Source of the DNA: Verrucomicrobiota bacterium
GTDB lineage: Bacteria; Verrucomicrobiota; Verrucomicrobiia; Limisphaerales; UBA11358
Direction of reading: 5' to 3'
Assembly: GCA_049521735.1 (NCBI GenBank)
Contig: JBEKON010000002.1
Location: 5,149 to 69,148, forward strand
DNA: 64,000 nucleotides
The translations under genes and the position numbers were made by a program. Shown here in pieces: positions 62,235 through 64,000 of this stretch. A model generated the notes under the pieces. The model was not told the origin of the DNA. It ran no database searches and worked only from the letters and a program-made list of their open reading frames with translations. Every line of letters begins with the position of its first letter. Within the stretch, counting starts at the first letter, position 1.

Positions 62235-63344
62235 TTATTTCAGATTCGCCGGATTCAGTGGTTTTAAATCCTTTGGTTTAAACAGGCCGTCTTTGCGAAT
62301 CAATTCGCCATCGAACCACACTTCGCCGCCGCCCCATTCGGGACGTTGAATCAATACCATGTCCCAGTGCACGGCCGAGCGGTTGCCGTTGTCGCATTCC
62401 TCGTAGGCCTGGCCCGGCGTGAAGTGCAGTGAACCGGCGATCTTTTCGTCGAACAAGATATCGCACATCGGATTCAAAATGTAGGGATTGAAGCCGAGAG
62501 AAAATTCGCCGATGTAACGGGCGCCCGCGTCCGTGTCCAAAATTTCATTCAGCTGCTTCGTGTTGTTCGCCGCCGCATGGATGATTTTCCCGCCCTTGAA
62601 TTCCAACCGGACATTTTCAAATTTGGCTCCCGAATAAATCGTCGGCGTGTTGAATTGGATGACGCCGTTCACGGAATTCTTCACCGGGCACGAAAACACT
62701 TCGCCGTCGGGAATGTTCTGGTCGCCCTTGCACATTTTGGCGCCGATGCCCTTGATGCTGAATGTCAGGTTGGTGCCGGGGCTGACGAGGCGGACGCGGT
62801 CGGCGCGTTTCATCCGACGCTCCAGCGGAATCATTGTGCGCGCCATTTTCGCGTAATCCATCGTGCACACGTCGAAATACAAATTTTCGAACGCCTCGGT
62901 ACTCATGCCCGCTGCTTGCGCCATGCTGGGCGTGGGCCAGCGCAGGACGCACCAGCGCGTTTTGTTCACGCGATAATCCGACACCGGCCGTGTGATGCGC
63001 GAGAAAAGCGCCATGCGGTCGCCCGCGACATCGGCATTTTCGCTCATGTTGTCGCTGCCGCGAATGGCGATGTAGGCCTGCATCTTCTTCATGCGAAATA
63101 GTTCGACGTCGCGGACGAGCGCAGCTTGTCTATCGTTCATTTCAAGCAAAAGCTCGCGCGAAATTCGCGTGTGCCGGACCTCGACTAGCGGCGTTGCGCC
63201 CGCCGCCCGCGCCGCACGGACCAATTCGATGATGAACTCATCAGGCACATCCATCACGTCGAGCAACACACGGTCGCCCCCTTTTAATTCGGTTGAATAC
63301 CCCACCAACAGCCTGGCCAATTTCTTGTAACGCGGGTCGGTCAT
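62235..63344 (-). CDS. aminopeptidase, family M29 (AmpS/PepS-like)
   Basis: 369-aa ORF. The overall match includes [23 protein letters not shown], the C-terminal metal-binding region EF..GFNP....ILFDEKI.GS.HFTPG and H.D.V. Confidence 0.8.
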   Translation of the reverse strand: MTDPRYKKLARLLVGYSTELKGGDRVLLDVMDVPDEFIIELVRAARAAGATPLVEVRHTRISRELLLEMNDRQAALVRDVELFRMKKMQAYIAIRGSDNMSENADVAGDRMALFSRITRPVSDYRVNKTRWCVLRWPTPSMAQAAGMSTEAFENLYFDVCTMDYAKMARTMIPLERRMKRADRVRLVSPGTNLTFSIKGIGAKMCKGDQNIPDGEVFSCPVKNSVNGVIQFNTPTIYSGAKFENVRLEFKGGKIIHAAANNTKQLNEILDTDAGARYIGEFSLGFNPYILNPMCDILFDEKIAGSLHFTPGQAYEECDNGNRSAVHWDMVLIQRPEWGGGEVWFDGELIRKDGLFKPKDLKPLNPANLK

Positions 63345-63414
63345 AAATCAGCCAGCAGGTTAATTTGAAATTTCAAGTTGTCGAGCGGTTTGAAAATGAC
63401 ACGCTCTACCCCGT

Positions 63415-63453
63415 CCCTCTCCTCTTCCCGTTCCACATTGCGGGAGGAGAGGG
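63415..63453. repeat. 10-bp perfect inverted repeat (REP-like hairpin) in the aminopeptidase/coaD divergent intergenic region
   Basis: ccctctcctc (63415-63424) and gaggagaggg (63444-63453), separated by a 19-nt loop. Confidence 0.75.
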
Positions 63454-63542
63454 TGGTCAAGCGGTAGCGAGACCGGGTGAGAGGAATAAATCCCGGATTT
63501 TTCTTCCTCGTCAATCCTGTCGCGCATGCTAAAGTGGTGGTG

Positions 63543-64000
63543 ATGCGCACGGCGATTTATCCCGGTAGTTTTGACCCATTGACCAACGGCCATTTGGATG
63601 TCGTTCAGCGCGCGGCGAAGTTATTCGACCGCGTTGTCGTGGCCGTGGCGAAAAATGATTACAAACACCCGCTGTTCACACTCGACGAACGGTTTGCGCT
63701 CGTGAAGCAAGCGGTGCGAAATCTGCCGGGCGTCGAAGTCGATACGTTTGACAGCCTGCTCGTCGAATATGTCATGAGTCGAAAGGCACAGGCGATTGTG
63801 CGGGGGTTGCGGGCGGTGTCGGACTTTGAATTTGAGTTTCAGCTCGCCCTGATGAACCGCAAGTTGAATGAAAGCATTGAGACGATTTTTATGATGCCGA
63901 AGGACACTTATACATTTTTAAGCTCGCAGATCGTGAAGGAAATCGCGCGGTTGGGCGGCGACGTGAGCGGGTTTGTGCCGTCGCATGTGCGGACCGCTCT
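63543..64000 (+). CDS. coaD: phosphopantetheine adenylyltransferase (3' end runs off the right edge)
   Basis: The frame from the ATG at 63543 translates to [35 protein letters not shown]...[20 protein letters not shown]. These are the T/HxGH and downstream CoaD signatures. No stop occurs before the end of the window. Confidence 0.92.
   Translation, partial: MRTAIYPGSFDPLTNGHLDVVQRAAKLFDRVVVAVAKNDYKHPLFTLDERFALVKQAVRNLPGVEVDTFDSLLVEYVMSRKAQAIVRGLRAVSDFEFEFQLALMNRKLNESIETIFMMPKDTYTFLSSQIVKEIARLGGDVSGFVPSHVRTA

Noticed and set aside
1-64000. tRNA, rRNA, tmRNA, RNase P, SRP RNA and riboswitches
   Set aside because: I scanned every intergenic gap over 60 nt by eye for T-loop (GGTTCGAATCC-like) and other conserved cores and found none. 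A covariance-model scan (tRNAscan-SE, Infernal/Rfam) would be needed to be certain.
1-64000. Mobile element, prophage, defence island or toxin-antitoxin module
   Set aside because: I recognised no transposase, integrase, recombinase, phage structural gene, restriction-modification, Cas, or typical small TA pair. The only mobile-like signals are the short REP-like hairpins and heptamer arrays reported above.

Overview
This 64 kb chromosomal segment is gene-dense, with about 56 protein-coding genes. By eye I found no rRNA, tRNA, CRISPR array, transposase, integrase or phage genes. The gene content suggests a PVC-superphylum bacterium, most likely Verrucomicrobiota (inference only). Supporting features are an H-X9-DG prepilin-like protein, a GldA/F/G-type ABC cluster with DUF4340, DUF2851, and a GT39+TPR envelope protein.

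Housekeeping genes:
- Amino acid and cofactor metabolism: trpE (partial), hisI, purU, lysA, argH, an aconitase-family LeuC-like gene, an isopropylmalate/tartrate dehydrogenase-family gene, larB-larC, coaD (partial), and a ThiF/MoeB-rhodanese gene.
- Translation, RNA and DNA functions: infC, glyQS, tadA, thiL-tsaE-tsaB, mutL, rnc.
- mscL.

Envelope systems:
- A GspE/PilB - PilM/N-like - PilO-like - secretin cluster at 6.9-13.0 kb.
- A separate H-X9-DG prepilin gene at 27.7 kb.
- A separate minor-pseudopilin operon at 34.1-37.0 kb.
- A five-gene, translationally coupled operon (ABC ATPase, ABC-2 permease, GldG-like, DUF4340, AsmA-like) at 13.2-20.8 kb.

I do not see a clear-cut novel defence or mobile system. 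The most unusual signal is at small scale. A dispersed family of short tandem repeats, mostly with a 7-nt period, occurs in intergenic regions, sometimes as inverted blocks that could act as terminators. The same kind of repeat is also embedded in-frame inside conserved genes (glyQS, larC, mutL, tsaE, a Zn-ADH). Also notable is a secreted protein built from two families of near-identical 120-bp tandem repeats.

Many long ORFs in the supplied track are antisense shadow ORFs of this GC-rich DNA and were not called. Several start codons were moved inward from the track coordinates, based on conserved N-termini and ATGA/TAATG-type gene junctions.
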